Assembly: GCF_006345805.1 (NCBI RefSeq)
Contig: NC_043006.1
Location: 51,460,001-51,524,000 of the forward strand
Source of the DNA: Octopus sinensis
Taxonomy: Eukaryota
Direction of reading: 5' to 3'
Length of the DNA stretch: 64,000 nucleotides
In this document: one piece after another, positions 40,657 to 54,340 of the stretch
How positions within the stretch are numbered: position 1 is the stretch's first letter
How the letters are laid out: every line of letters starts with the position of its first letter
Made by a program: the position numbers and the translations under genes
Notes under the pieces: generated by a model
Told to the model about the DNA's origin: nothing
Seen by the model: only the letters and a program-made list of their open reading frames with translations
Databases searched by the model: none

Positions 40657-42231
40657 ATGGAAGATGTTAATCACACAACTGTTTCTACCAGTGTAGATAC
40701 AGTTATACAGATAAACAGCGATGAAAAACCTTTACGTAGTGCAACATTTACTAAACAGAGAACATTATGCAGAAATACTCCTGAATATCGCCTTGAGATT
40801 TGTAAAAAAGTGTTCTCTTCAGAACATGAAACCTTTACTCACAACGAAATTCATAACAGAGAAAAACCTTATCACTGTGAAATATGTGGAAAATCTTTTC
40901 TATATAACAGTAATTTAACCAGTCACAAAAGGGTACACTCTGGAGAGAAACCTTTCCACTGTGGGACATGCGGGAGATCCTTTGTCCAGAATAGTAATTT
41001 AACAACTCACAAACGAATACATACTGGCGAAAGACCTTATTCCTGTGAAATATGTGGAAAATCTTTTGCTAATAATAGTGATTTAACCCGGCACAAAAAA
41101 ATACACACGGGGGAAAAACCTTATAATTGTGAAATATGCAGAAAATCATTTACCACTAACAGTAAGTTAACAGCACACGTACGAATACACACGGGAGAAA
41201 AACTACACCGTTGTGAAATATGTGGGAAGTTTTTTGCTAAGAATTCGAATCTTGTTATCCATAAACGTAGACACACCGGAGAAAAGCCTTACAACTGTGA
41301 AACGTGTGCGAAATCGTTCATTACTAACGATCTTTTAAAAACACACAGAAGGATTCACACGGGAGAAAATCCGTTTAGCTGTGAAATATGCGGGAAATCA
41401 TTTACTGTTAAATCTAGTCTTGTGCTTCACAAAAGATTACACACGGGAGAAAAACCGTACCGCTGTGAAGTGTGTGGGAAATCTTTCGTCACGAATTCCA
41501 AGCTTACATTGCACATACGCTGTCACACGGGAGAACAGCCGTATCGCTGTGAAATATGCGGGAGATCTTTTATCTCGAATTCTAAGCTTACAGTTCACAC
41601 TCGTAGTCACACCGGGGAACAACTACAGTGCTGTGAAACCTGTGGGAAATCTTTTATCAGCAGTAGCGATTTAACAAGACACAAACGAATACACACGGGT
41701 GAAAAGCCATATTATTGTGAAATATGTAGGAAATTTTTTGTCTCTAGTAGTTATTTAGCAACTCACAGAAGAATTCATACGGGAGAGAAACCTTTTGGGT
41801 GTGAAATATGTGGGAAATCCTTTGTGACAAATGGTCTCCTAAAAACACACAGAGTAACACACACTGGGGACAAAGCATATCATTGTGAGATATGTGGGAA
41901 AACTTTTATATCGAATGGTCTCTTGCAAATACATAAACGAACACATACTGGGGAGAAACCGTTCCACTGTGGGATGTGTGTGAAATCGTTTAGTACCAAT
42001 GGTCAGTTGACAACACATAAAAGAATGCACTCAGGAGAAAAACCATACCAGTGTGAAATATGTGGAAAGTCTTTTGTTAATAAATCAAATCTTGTTATCC
42101 ACATACGTAGTCATACTGGAGAAAAACCATTCCGTTGTGAAATATGTGAGAAATCATTTGTTTCTAATGGTTACTTAAAAACACACAAAAAAATACATAC
42201 TAGAGCGGAACCTTTTAACTGTGAAATGTGA
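40657..42231 (+). CDS. C2H2 zinc-finger protein, type A (A3), 16 fingers plus a degenerate first finger
   Basis: 524-aa ORF, MEDVNH start; only ZNF gene on the + strand. Confidence 0.94.
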   Translation: MEDVNHTTVSTSVDTVIQINSDEKPLRSATFTKQRTLCRNTPEYRLEICKKVFSSEHETFTHNEIHNREKPYHCEICGKSFLYNSNLTSHKRVHSGEKPFHCGTCGRSFVQNSNLTTHKRIHTGERPYSCEICGKSFANNSDLTRHKKIHTGEKPYNCEICRKSFTTNSKLTAHVRIHTGEKLHRCEICGKFFAKNSNLVIHKRRHTGEKPYNCETCAKSFITNDLLKTHRRIHTGENPFSCEICGKSFTVKSSLVLHKRLHTGEKPYRCEVCGKSFVTNSKLTLHIRCHTGEQPYRCEICGRSFISNSKLTVHTRSHTGEQLQCCETCGKSFISSSDLTRHKRIHTGEKPYYCEICRKFFVSSSYLATHRRIHTGEKPFGCEICGKSFVTNGLLKTHRVTHTGDKAYHCEICGKTFISNGLLQIHKRTHTGEKPFHCGMCVKSFSTNGQLTTHKRMHSGEKPYQCEICGKSFVNKSNLVIHIRSHTGEKPFRCEICEKSFVSNGYLKTHKKIHTRAEPFNCEM

Positions 42232-42918
42232 AAAAACTTTCTCTTACAAATCTGAATTTATAGTCCGTCAAGTATGCATTGGAGACCATCTTGGTGAAAT
42301 ATTTTTGAAATCATTCCCTTCAAATTTTCATCTTGTAGTCTATAAATATGCTTTCATTTGAGAGAAACTCTTTCACTAAAATGCTTAAATTCTTATTTGT
42401 GAATTTATTAACTTCTAGTTAATAAATGAACACATTCAAAATAAAGAAAAAAAGAGCTATATTAATGTGAAATATATGGGGAATATTTCAGTGTGAAATA
42501 AATCTTCTCTTGTAATCCACAGTTGAATACATATTGGGCAGAAAATATAACTTTTATCAGTGTGAAATATGAGTAACCAGTTTCTCACAGCTGGAAGTAG
42601 AGTGGAGGGAAAAATTATCAGCTGGTAATCATTCTTGTCATATAATCCACAACTGCACCCTGAAGAAAGGCCTATTCATGTTATAAGTGATTCGCCATAA
42701 GCTCATTAATTATTAGTAGTAACACAAAGTAATAAAATCTTGCAAATGTGAAGAACTATTCTCATTCACCAGCCACATATGTAAATATAAACGAGGAAAA
42801 TACTGAGATGACTTTTTGAAATATTCTCTACATAGAAGTAAAAAGGCAAAAAATGAATGATTTTATGTATAATTTTATTACTAAAATTTGTGACAAAACA
42901 TTCACATTTATGTATAAA

Positions 42919-43265
42919 CTAGTAGTATAGCCCAGCATTGCTCGGGTTTGTTTTCTTTTCAACCCTTTAGAATTGAAATTTTTGAAAAGTAAAAATTTTG
43001 CATTATGTAGCTTGTTATACTCTTTAAGTGAACATTTTTCTGGTTGAAATACACCAAAAAATCGTAAATAATAGGGATTTTCATAGAAAAAAAGCACCTT
43101 TTTGATGTAAATAATTTTTGGTGTTAACATGGTCCGATTTGAGCTAGCCTTCTATCATACTCTCAATTTTCGTCAACTTGTGCCGCAGGGTCTCGGAGGA
43201 GATAGTGTTAGTTGAAGGCTACCAAACCTGCCACACACAGACAACTTCAGCTTTATATATAAAGA
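42919..43265 (-). mobile_element. non-autonomous Helitron
   Basis: Minus strand: A|TCTTTATATATAAAG ... CCCGAGCAATGCTGGG hairpin ... CTAG|T; empty site in paralogous A1 flank (~4130-4170). Confidence 0.85.
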
Positions 43266-44277
43266 TTAAAAAATCTTATATTTATTGGATATCTTCATGG
43301 CAGTTGAATTGAATTTTTTTTAAAATTTGATTCAATGATGAAAACACTATAATAAAATATTAAAGAAAATAATCGTCATATATAACTTACACAATTATAC
43401 AGATAGTCCCACATATTTCACAATGATAGTCCTGCATCTTGATACATTTGATGCTGTTAGAGCATTCTAGCAGCTTGGTTTTTGTAATGGAGGTCGTATT
43501 GCTTTATTAATTAGGTTAAATTCAGTGGGTCCACAGACAACTTGATATTTTCATTAGTTCCATGGAGATAGCCTATTAACACATTTTCTGTTTACTGCTT
43601 TGCTTCTGATAAGGTCAAGTCTACATGCATCATTACTGAATTAATAAGCATCTGCAAGATGGAAATATCACAGGTAAAAATTTGATACCAATTCCTAATT
43701 GCAAGCTATGATAGCAAGTGAATTGCAGTAGTAAGTGAGAGAAAGATTCATCTCTGCTGTACTAGTAAGAAAGGGTTTCTCAGAGTGAAGGGCAGATTGT
43801 ATGATGGTTGTGTATGGAATGTGATACTGCAGGGTAGTGAGGTATATCCCATAATTGTAAAAAATTTGAAAAGATTAGAAATGAATGAAGTGAGCATGCT
43901 CTACTGGATGTATAATATTGAAACAACATAAATGAGCTAAGAGAAGGGACTAAATGTAAGAGGAATCAGACATGTGTGAGAAGTGGAGGAATGAAAACAG
44001 ACTAGAGATATGTAAGGATATTGTATTTGCAGTTCCATTATTGTATATGTATAACATATAATGCTTTACATATAAAAATATATAAAGAAACCAGTAATTA
44101 TTAAAACAAACATACAGGAATATAAATTTACTGGTATCTTTATATATCAATATATTTTTATATGATATATATGTATGTATATTCTTGTAATTGTCATTTT
44201 AGTAAATAAATAAGTTGACATAATATAATGTCTAAAAGTTGATGAACCACCTATTGATCCCCTCCATTTTCTTATTG

Positions 44278-44308
<31 letters not shown>

Positions 44309-44676
44309 CACATGCTGGTGCTAAGGTGATTTTTGTGAACTCTAACCTAATATACACACACCTCTTTCAATATATGAATGTGAGATGTGTTAGCTCATGC
44401 TGATAAGGTCATGGATTCAATTCCTGGTCTAGGTGGTGCATTGTGTCCTTGGGCAGTACACTTAATTTCTTGTTACTCCAGTCTACTCAGCTGAAAATGT
44501 GTACCAGCCAAATGCTAATGCAACTCCCTCTCTTTGGAACTCACACACAAGGTACAGGAAACTTATATATACACCATTCTGCTTAAATAATGGAACTGCA
44601 AATACAATATCCTTACATATCTCTTGTCTGTTTTCATATCTCTATAATAACTATTGCTTAAACATTTTCTTGCACC

Positions 44677-44724
44677 ATCTCTGATGATGGGATATATTAA
44701 ATATCCTTGAAACAGCTGTAAGAT
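44677..44724 (+). ncRNA. minimal type I hammerhead ribozyme motif
   Basis: ATCT-CTGATGA-t-GGGATAT/ATATCCT-t-GAAA-CAGCTG-TA-AGAT: stem I, core boxes, stem II, palindromic stem III. Confidence 0.7.
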
Positions 44725-45717
44725 CTTTTCATTGTAAATGTTCTGAAAACTATTCACAGCTTTGGATTTTTTAAATCTCATTCTGTTAATTTATATATAT
44801 AGCTGTCATATCTCTAATGTTCCACATGTTGAGGGTGAGTAGATTGAAAGAGTAATTATTTCGGCATTGGAACCTAAAACAATTATTGATAGTATGGTAC
44901 TTACTATTAAATTATACTTGCTTGCATGAGACAGCTATGCATGCATGGCATTACATTTGTGTGTGTATGTGTGTACACATTCTCTTTTCTTTCTGGGAAA
45001 ACAAAGCATCAGAATGCAGGACTTGGCATCAGTCCTGCTCCTCTTCAGTTCAAAGGTTTGAGCAAAGTTGACTTCAACTTTGTGCAAGCATGAAGGCACG
45101 CTGGCAAAATGCTGCTCCTCTAAATGAAAAACCTTACCTGTAATTGTGGCATGAGGCAAAGCAATCCTTGCTGTCCACTCAAGAAAATACATAGTAAATG
45201 ATCCACAAGTACTTGAGCAAACCAAGTCCTCAACTTGTTCACTTTACCAAAAGATTTGCAAGGCACCAGCAGGCCTCAAGAGATACGGTCATGTCCATAG
45301 GATATGTTTTGATTTCGTCAAATTGCTGCTATTTCTAGGAATTTGAACCACTTCATAGAAGTACCTATGATTATTATTCTTATACTTTGCAATAGTCTTT
45401 ACTCTTTTAATTAATCCAACATCAATCAACTGGAGACATGCTGAGCATCTGCAATACACATATATCTACACTTCATATATTGTCAGTTTTCTTAATGTGA
45501 ATACTTAAAATTGAGTTTATGAGTAATATTTAATCACACAGTTATTAATCAGTTATGAAATAACAAAACCACACCACTCTATCTAGTAGATAAAAGCATT
45601 ACCAACACTCTTAATACAACACCTGCCTGATGCAGACCCTGAATTTAGGTTATAAAACTGCTTCAGAAAATCTTGATTGAATATGCAAGTATTGTAAGTT
45701 TGAATAAAATGCTTTAA

Positions 45718-45937
45718 CCCTTTCATTACTGTATTTATTTTGAGAAGCTTTGTGTTTCTTTCAATTACTTTAAATATAACAAAGAATTTAGTAAAATAAC
45801 TTGGTTATCATTCAGATAGTGTTAGGAACATAAATTGTGACTAAGGTTTGGTGGTAGATTTTAATTCATAACTTATGAAAACAAGACATTTGTACTCAGA
45901 GCCAGAGCCAGTTTCAGCCGGGTTGGTAACAAAAGGG
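45718..45937. mobile_element. piggyBac-like MITE
   Basis: TTAA|CCCTTTC ... AAAAGGG|TTAA; second copy at 18368-18587. Confidence 0.8.
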
Positions 45938-48900
45938 TTAACCCCTTAGCATTCACCTCACCCTGTCAAAAGTAAAACTTATTTATCCAGTCTTAACCAT
46001 GCATTATTTTAACTGAGAGATTGTATGAGGTGACTTTTTTTGAATGATAATGCAGGGCTGGTGCAAGGGACCAGATCTTTTAAAAAATCCTTTTATATTT
46101 TTATAATTAAGCATTATAAGAAATTGAAAAAAAAAAATTCTGAAAATATTTTGTGTATTGTAAAAGTATAAGCAATTTATTGCACATAAATTTTAACTAT
46201 GGAATCTTATTTGGACCCCCAAGGGCCCTATGGACCCTTGCTGAGAACCGCCAGTGTAAATGATAAAACAATATACAACAGATATGATATTATAAACTTA
46301 GTTAATCATTATCTTCACACTTATGTCTAGTGAAAGAAACATCAGTTTGATTTAAGATTTTCAGCTATTGGGTGAGCAGTGCAATTGTTGACAAACGATA
46401 CTGCTTGCCTCTTTGTCTGGGTCATCTCTTTCTCACATGTAGTAAATATCCCTCCAGTTATCCAGGCACTCTTGCTGTTTTTTGTAAGTCACTGGAAGTT
46501 TATTCTCATAGATGTGTTTAGGGTCATGACTTTTCCTAACCAGTAGCTATTTTTTTGTCACTTCCTGAGATGTTAGAGGCCTCCATAATTACCAATGCTT
46601 GGCCAACAATAACTTCCACACACTTTGACTCCAACAACATATGTCATGGACATGAGATCATTATAAAAACAGAAGCTTCCAGAATCACTTTATTCACAGC
46701 AAAGCAAAAATATCCAGTTCAAATAACTAAACATTAACTACAAATGCAGTTAATGCTAATTTTATATAGATCTGATGTGAAGTTATTAGTGCTTTGAAAA
46801 AGGATACAATTATCTATTATACAGCCATACAGTATCAACTGTACTTGGACAGTAATGCTGTACTAAGTTAACTAAGCCTTCACTCAATAGGCTTTGTGAC
46901 ATCTGGAGATATTCGTTTCTCATTACAAAATACATCTATAGGCACATACATGGCTGTGGTTAAAAGTTTGCTTCACAACTACATGATTTCAGGTTCAGTC
47001 CCACTGCATGGCATCTTGGGCAAGTATCTTCTACTACACCCTTGGCTGATTAAAGCCTTGAGTGGATTTAGTAGACGAAAACTGAAAGAAGTTCATCATA
47101 CATATATATGTGTGTGTGTGTGTATATGTATGGTACTATCTCCTTGCCTTGACATTCCAATCTTCTGTGAAAACATGTCTTGTCATGGGGAAATATTTCC
47201 TTACTTGGAAACAGGGAAGGCAAAGGCCATCCAGTTACAGAAAATCTACCTCAACAAATCTGTTTGATTCTTGCAAGCATGGAAAAGTAGGAAGTTAAAA
47301 TGATGATGATCTTAGCCAAAATTTATCAGGCCAGAGTGACTGAAAGATGGGAGATTAGAAGTAAGTTCAGAAATGTAATTTTCTGGTAGACTGAACTCTG
47401 CAAAAACTGTAGTGGTGGTCACAAGGAAGAGAAACAGACCACAGGTGATGAAGGATGTAGTTGTTTCCAGCTTACTTTTAAGGCAATAGTGATAGTATAG
47501 CAGAATCAAGAGATTTATGAAAACAGAGAAGATTTCTTGTTCCTATAGACTGAAATAGATACCCATAAAAAGAACAAGCTTTAAAAGTTTGGTGAAGATT
47601 GGAAACAAAAATGTTAAGCAACAGACATACAAGAATTTAGACACCCATTGATGTATTGCTGAGACTGTCTTCATGAAATAACATTGCTTGGTATAATCAT
47701 TGATCCTCATCTGACTGGAATAAGCAAGAATAGTAATATTAGTTTCATATATTGTCACAAGGCCAGCAATTCTAGGGGAAGGGCCAAGTCAACTATATCA
47801 ACCTCAGTAATCAACTGGTATTTACTTTATCAACCCTGAAAGGATGAGAGGCAAAGTCAACCTTGGCAGAATTTGAACTCATAACATAAAGACAGATAAA
47901 ATGCTGCTAAGCATTTTGACTGGCATGTTAATGATCCTGCTAGCTTGCTGCCTTAGTAAGAATAATATTACATAGAATATTTTTCCACCATAGTCAACTT
48001 GGCTTTCTATTCACCTGAGATTTAAGTACCAATAGTGTATTATGGTTATTGTTTACCCCTTCCCTAAATATTTGGTATTTCATTAATTTCTACCAATAAT
48101 GCAAATCTTCTCCATTGTTTTAACATGACAATAAAACTGACTTAATTATTTTATCTAGGTACAATATATTTGACCTCAGTACAATTTCATAATATTAGTT
48201 TCACCCTAACATAGTTAAGTGCAGGAGTGGCTGTGTGGTAAGTAGCTTGCTTACCAACCACATAGTTATGGGTTCAGTCCCACTGCGTGGCACCTTGGGC
48301 AAGTGGATTTGTCATATATGTGTCTGTGTTTATCCCCCCCAACATTGCTTGACAACTGATGCTGGTGTAACTTAGAATAAGTACTAGGCTTCCAAAGAAT
48401 AAGTCCTGGGGTCGGTTTGCTTGACTAAAGGCGGTGCTCCAGCATGGCTGCAATCAAATGACTGAAACAAGTAAAAGAGTAAGTCCTTCACTTTGTTTAC
48501 ACTTGTAGAGATTAGGATATGCATTTACTTAAAAATGTTTTCATTATGTATCCATGTTGGTTATTTGTATTAGTTTAGGCAGTGTTGGTGGAGGGATTTA
48601 AGTTGATATGGATGATGTTTGAGTGCTGAAAATCAAAGAGATTTGAAGAGGTAGTAGCAAGCTAATGTACAAGATAAAAAGAGGGTAGGAACAAAACCAA
48701 ACCTTCAGATTCACAAGAGTTGATGTTGCAGGAGAGAAAACCAAGTGCACACCGGGTTTTTCTCTGAACTTTCTGTGCACACTACCATTTTGAAATTACT
48801 TGATCTTACAAGATATTTATAATCTAAAAGAGATGACTGAAGGACTAGGGACCTCTGGCAAGTGATATACAAAAGCAGGTAGCAATATACATGTCGTGAG

Positions 48901-50700
48901 TAGATATGGTCCTCCAAAATCTGTACTGTTGGCAACTGGAAAAAGAGTGAAGGGCTTGGGGAATCTAATTATTTGTAACAGTTTGCATCATATTCAGATA
49001 TCAGAACAACAACAGACCGATAGTTATTTAGGTCAAAGACATTGCCTTTCTTGAGAATGGGACATACTGTTGCCTGTTTCTATGACCACAAAGAAAGAAG
49101 AGTTTACTGAAGTTAAGAGGCTAGACTGGAATGGATAGTTTGAAGGTAATGGAAGAATGGCTTCTAGAGCAGGTGTTTTCATGCTTGGCATGTATGTATA
49201 CCTGGCTGAAAGGGAAAGTTTTTTTAAAGAACACATGCCTTGTGGAGTTAAAAGAAAATGTGGAAAGTTACTCCAAGAGGGAAATGCTTACAAATAGTCA
49301 GGGGACCAAAAAGTACTGGCTAACATTTCAGGAATGATCTATTACATAATGGCAACAATTCAGTTATTCATTCCATAAAAAATTTTTTTTTAAACTTATA
49401 TAAGGAAACATATCTTTCTTCAAACTCTGGTTTGGATATCATCAAATGGCTACACTGCACGCTTACCTCTATTTAGTGTCAAATAATATCAACAAATTTT
49501 ATAGCTTCACAGTAAATAGTTCACTGAAGACATTTGGAAAATGTGTAACTTTTATCATATAGTTGAACTGTGGATTCTATTGTTTCTGCAAGTTTCAGTT
49601 AGATATTCTATATACAAAATACTTAAATAATAAACCATCTACAGGTTAATTAAAAATATAGAGATGTGAGGTGAGCTCATGATTATGGGTCTCATAGCTG
49701 GGATGACAAAAGATCTGAAAAATGTGGTGATATCTTGTGCAAGAGAAATGTCCAACTTCTACCAGAGATATTGAATAAGGATAATTTACAAATCATATAA
49801 TCCACTTTATAAAGTTACCGTTATAATGACACATGCAACTTAACATTCAGCCTAACTAAATCATAAATCATACTATATAAAAGTATAAAGTAACAGCAAA
49901 ATTAGTCAGTTAACGGGATCCATTCAAGATAAAATCTAAACCGAAATATACACAGTGGATGCATAACGTCCCAAATATATTGAAAGAAATACAGATATGC
50001 TAATATAGTAAATAAAATATTTTCTATTATGGTTTGTGTATTTATTCCTAACAATAACAACACACTGCTGTTATCTGATTTGTGGGAATTTATCTATTTA
50101 ATGTTCTAGTCTCTAACATTTACATACACACATGCATAAAACTATTGGTGGAAGTCTTACGTATACATCTATAAAAAAAAAAGTCAGAAAATAAATAATG
50201 AAAATAGGGGGAAATGCACACTCCTTGAATTATATACATCATATCGGGATAAACATTGCCTTCTAAATACTTTAGAGACATTCTATTACTGCGAGACCGA
50301 AACCAGAAAAGATTTTGGTTTAATAAATATTTTTTTCTCTATCCTGGAAGTATGCTACACACACGAGTATTCTTAAAGAATGTTTTTATTTAAAATATTG
50401 AAGTAAGAAGTCATCACGTCAAAGTAGTTATGGTTATATAAAATACTGTTGGGGAAGTTGACCACACTGTTTTATCTTCATTCCTTTGTGAGTACATTTA
50501 TGATTCTGTGATTAATTTCTGATGTTGGGTATGCATGCTGCACGTTGCTAAAATTACCAGATTACCCAACATGAAAGTTTTGAGTCATAAAATTACTAGT
50601 TATCCCCAACACGAATAAAGAAAATCTTCATATGATCAAAAATTAAGTTGGGCGGCGCTTGTTGTTTTGAAATTACCACAACGCGAATGCGACACAACAA

Positions 50701-51555
50701 TTAGTCTTCTTCATCAATACATACATGTGAAGCTAAGTGACTTCTGTGGGTGAATGATTTACCACAGATATCACAGCGATATGGTCTCTCTCCTGTATGA
50801 ATGTAATTGTGAGTAGTTAAGTGACATTTTTGAGAGAATGATCTACCACAGATATCACAGAGATATGGTTTCTCTCCTGTATGAACGCGTCTATGTTTAG
50901 TTAAGGTGCTTCCTCCAGAGAATGATTTACCACAGATATCACAGTGATATGGTTTCTCTCCTGTATGAATACGTCTGTGTTTAGTTAAGACACCATTTCG
51001 AGAAAATGACTTACCACAAACATCACAATTATATGGCTTCTCCCCTGTATGAATACGTTTATGTATTGTTAAATCACTACTAGCGGAAAATGATTTATCA
51101 CAAATAACACAGTGATATGGTTTCTCTCCTGTATGAATACGTTTGTGTTTAGTTAAGTGATGACTTTGAGAAAATGATTTATTACAGATATCACAGTCAT
51201 ATGGCTTTTCTCCTGTATGAATACGTTTGTGTATAGTTAAGGTATTTATTTGAGAGAACGATTCACCACAGATATCACAGTGATGTGGTTTTTCTCCCGT
51301 ATGAATGCTTTTGTGAATAGTTAAGTGACTTACAGCAGTGAATGATTTACCACAGACATCACAGTGGAATGGTTTTTCTCCTGTATGTATACGTTTGTGA
51401 GTAGTGAGGTTACCTTTTTGAGAGAATGGTTTGCCACAAATATCACAGAGATAAGACGTTTTTCTTTTCTCTTTCATTATATCACGAGAAATACCAATTC
51501 TTTTAGACGGTGTTTTACATTTAAACTTGCTTAATTCACATACTTCGTTTTCCAT
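50701..51555 (-). CDS. C2H2 zinc-finger protein, type B (B3), 9 fingers (last atypical)
   Basis: ORF track starts at a TTG (51594); first ATG (MENEVCE) at 51555 aligns with the B1/B4 leader. Confidence 0.9.
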   Translation of the reverse strand: MENEVCELSKFKCKTPSKRIGISRDIMKEKRKTSYLCDICGKPFSQKGNLTTHKRIHTGEKPFHCDVCGKSFTAVSHLTIHKSIHTGEKPHHCDICGESFSQINTLTIHKRIHTGEKPYDCDICNKSFSQSHHLTKHKRIHTGEKPYHCVICDKSFSASSDLTIHKRIHTGEKPYNCDVCGKSFSRNGVLTKHRRIHTGEKPYHCDICGKSFSGGSTLTKHRRVHTGEKPYLCDICGRSFSQKCHLTTHNYIHTGERPYRCDICGKSFTHRSHLASHVCIDEED

Positions 51556-51789
51556 AACTTTCTTCTTTTCTTTTGTACATTTTACACCTAACAAATATTT
51601 CTTGTGCTATATTTGAATCGACTGAGATCTTTGTCGATGTCTGTCAATGCTGCGAACACCTTTGTAATCCAAGTTAAATTACAACACAAAACCATCTTGT
51701 ATATATTCCAGACAATAAAGTTGAAAGTAGTTCGAGTTGATTCTATTCAGATCTCTATAAACAAGACCTTCCACATACGGATAGTAATT

Positions 51790-52090
51790 AATTTCTATTC
51801 GCACATGCGCATGACAAAATGTCGATTGAGGAGTATGTCCGGTAAACTGACTTACACGCGCGCTGTCTGACAACAATTCTGATTGACAGGCGACAAGCCC
51901 CCTTAACTACTCTATTTCTGTTGTTGGGTCACTCTTAGTCCAAAACTGGATACATTTGCTGACACTTTCTCGTTGATAGGATCAAACACAGGTAACAGCT
52001 CCCGCTTCCGGCCACTGAAGGGTTTGACCAGATCAGTTCTATAGAGTAATTAGGGTTTATTCTTTTCTGCTAGCGGAAGCATGTACCTAC
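51790..52090 (-). promoter_or_regulatory. CpG-rich putative promoter of B3
   Basis: CpG-rich; GCACATGCGCATG (NRF1-like), TGATTGACAG (PBX/MEIS-type), CTTCCGG and GCGGAAG (ETS-type) motifs. Confidence 0.5.
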
Positions 52091-52095
52091 TTCCT

Positions 52096-52855
52096 GGATC
52101 TTTTCCTTTTGAACGGCACATGTCAACACAATTTCTAGTTAACTTTTAAACTTCGTATACTGGTAGAGTGTGATTATAAAACATCATTTTCTCTTGGCTT
52201 TATTGAGAAAATTCTATAGCTTGTAAGATATTTCCACTTTAATTTCGAGCATTTCGGCAATTTTAACCAATCGCTGACCTCCATTTGGGGTGAAAACATT
52301 CCGTGCTGTATGAATATGTCCCTCGTTTAAGAAACAGATTGGGTTTATTTACATTTGCGAAGAAAAAAAAGATACCCTAACCCTAAAACATATTGAAATG
52401 CAATAGATCGATACTAGGGTTATAATTATGGGTGACATTTTCATTTGACACCGCTAGAAAAAAATCCCATTTTCCGTAGTGGTGTCGTATGAAATTGTCA
52501 CCCATAATTATAACCCTAGTATCGATCTATTGCATTTCAATATGTTTTAGGGCTAGGGGTGGGGGAAGGGTATCTTTCTTTCTTTGTAAATGTAAACAAA
52601 CCCAATCTGTTTCTTAAATGAGGGACATATTCATACAGCACGGAATGTTTTCACCCCAAATGGAGGTGAGCGATTAGTTAAAATTGCTGAAATGCTCGAA
52701 ATTTCAGACGAAATATCTTACAAACAATAGAATTTTCTTAATAAAGCCAAGAAAAAATGATGTTTTATAAACATATTCTACCAGTATACGAAGTTTAAAA
52801 GTGTTTAGTTAACTAGAAACTGTGTTGACATGTGCCGTTCAAAAGGAAAAGATCC
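52096..52855. mobile_element. ~760-bp foldback element (Merlin/Mutator-like)
   Basis: Two ~370-bp inverted arms, ends GGATCTTTTCCTTTTGAACGGCAC; TSD TACTTCCT (extendable to CTACTTCCTG). Confidence 0.88.
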
Positions 52856-52880
52856 TACTTCCTGACTACCTCCAGGAAAT

Positions 52881-53405
52881 TACCGTAAATCCTCGAGTAT
52901 AGTCCGCCCTTGAATATAATACATAGGGGATTTTTAGGGGGCTGTACTTCTGAAAAACCTAAACCTTGTGTATAATACGCACCACTTCTCTAACTTGAGT
53001 TGTGCGTAATTAAGCCAGCAGCACTTAGTCGAACAAATACTTCTGCACATGAATAATACAATAATGGTGATGTTCTTAGCTGTTATATGGGAATGTAAAT
53101 ATGTATGCAAATTGTTATTGTTACATGTTATTCTGTGTTCTGAAAACTTTTATTTTAATAAATGTTGCTTACTACAAGTTATGGATGATTCTTTTATGAC
53201 TTCATTGCTTTCAGGCTTAGCTTAAGGTATTTCCACGCCCGACATCACAAAATGTGTCTGAATAAACATTGCCGGACAGCAAATAGAGAGACAGACATTG
53301 CTTAGAAAATAATTTCCATTTTTAGCCTCGTATATAGTACGCACTAGGGATTTTGCTTTCGAATTTTGGGAAAAAAATATGGATTATACTCGAAGATTTA
53401 CGGTA
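52881..53405. mobile_element. pogo/Tc2-like MITE
   Basis: TA+CCGTAAATCCTCGAGTATAGTCC ... GGATTATACTCGAAGATTTACGG+TA terminal inverted repeats. Confidence 0.8.
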
Positions 53406-54340
53406 TGTATCTCTCATTAGTGGGATCTTCATCCTATCTTTCAGTTGCAATTATACATGGATTGGACTTCATCCCCTCATTTGAAAGGATTTGATTCAGG
53501 AATTTAACGTTATCTTTTTGAAAACACATTTCTCCACGTTGAAAGTTATTTTTGCATTCCCAATTTTCTTCAACATTGCATGAAGACACGAGTCATGTTC
53601 ATTTTCCTTCCAATTCCTGTGGTAGCTGGATGCTAAACAGTACTTGGAACCAGAAAAACTGTTGTTCCCATGAACGGCCATGGATTAACTTGTCCTCTAC
53701 TAGCTTTATCTGCTGATATTGTGACTAGCTACTACTGAGTTACAAACACATTCTGTTCAAACTTATTCCTAGCAAGGCAGGCTACTCTCATTACCACTGC
53801 ATTCATTTGAAGTCGGTTCACCCCTGCCATAGCAAACTTTACCTTCCTTCCATTCATAGACAATAAAATAAAGCGTCAATCAAGTATTGGGGTGATGATG
53901 GTATCAACTAGCCTCTCTCCCCAAAATATTGGATTAGTGCCTAAACTACAAACAGTTGCAAAATAAATGCTTTTCTTCAAAACATGATACTGTTGTGCTT
54001 ATTAATATTTTCTCAACAAAATACATATAGGTTTCAGCAAGATTATGCAGTAATCCCACAATAGAATAAATTTGTTTTATTTTAAGGCATACACTTTCTA
54101 GGAGCTCTCTCTTTTGCCTCACACATAATTTGTTGTAAGTTCAAGTTCATACACAAAAATTTGACTAAACCTAGAGGATTTTAACATTTGGTGCTGCTCA
54201 ATGACATTAGCCCATGATAGATTTTTACTCATTTTGTATTTCTAAGGTTGAGACAACTGCATAATAGAATTGACAGCAATACCTTTAATTAACACTATTT
54301 TATTACAACAAATCTTTACAAAATCTTATATAAACTTGTA

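Noticed and set aside
40721-42030. Alternative-frame and antisense ORFs inside ZNF genes
   Set aside because: By-products of the 84-bp finger periodicity
42229-42231. Selenocysteine or readthrough at the type-A TGA in a Cys-like position
   Set aside because: In-frame continuation hits another stop within ~8 codons in all three genes; a frameshift explains the TGA
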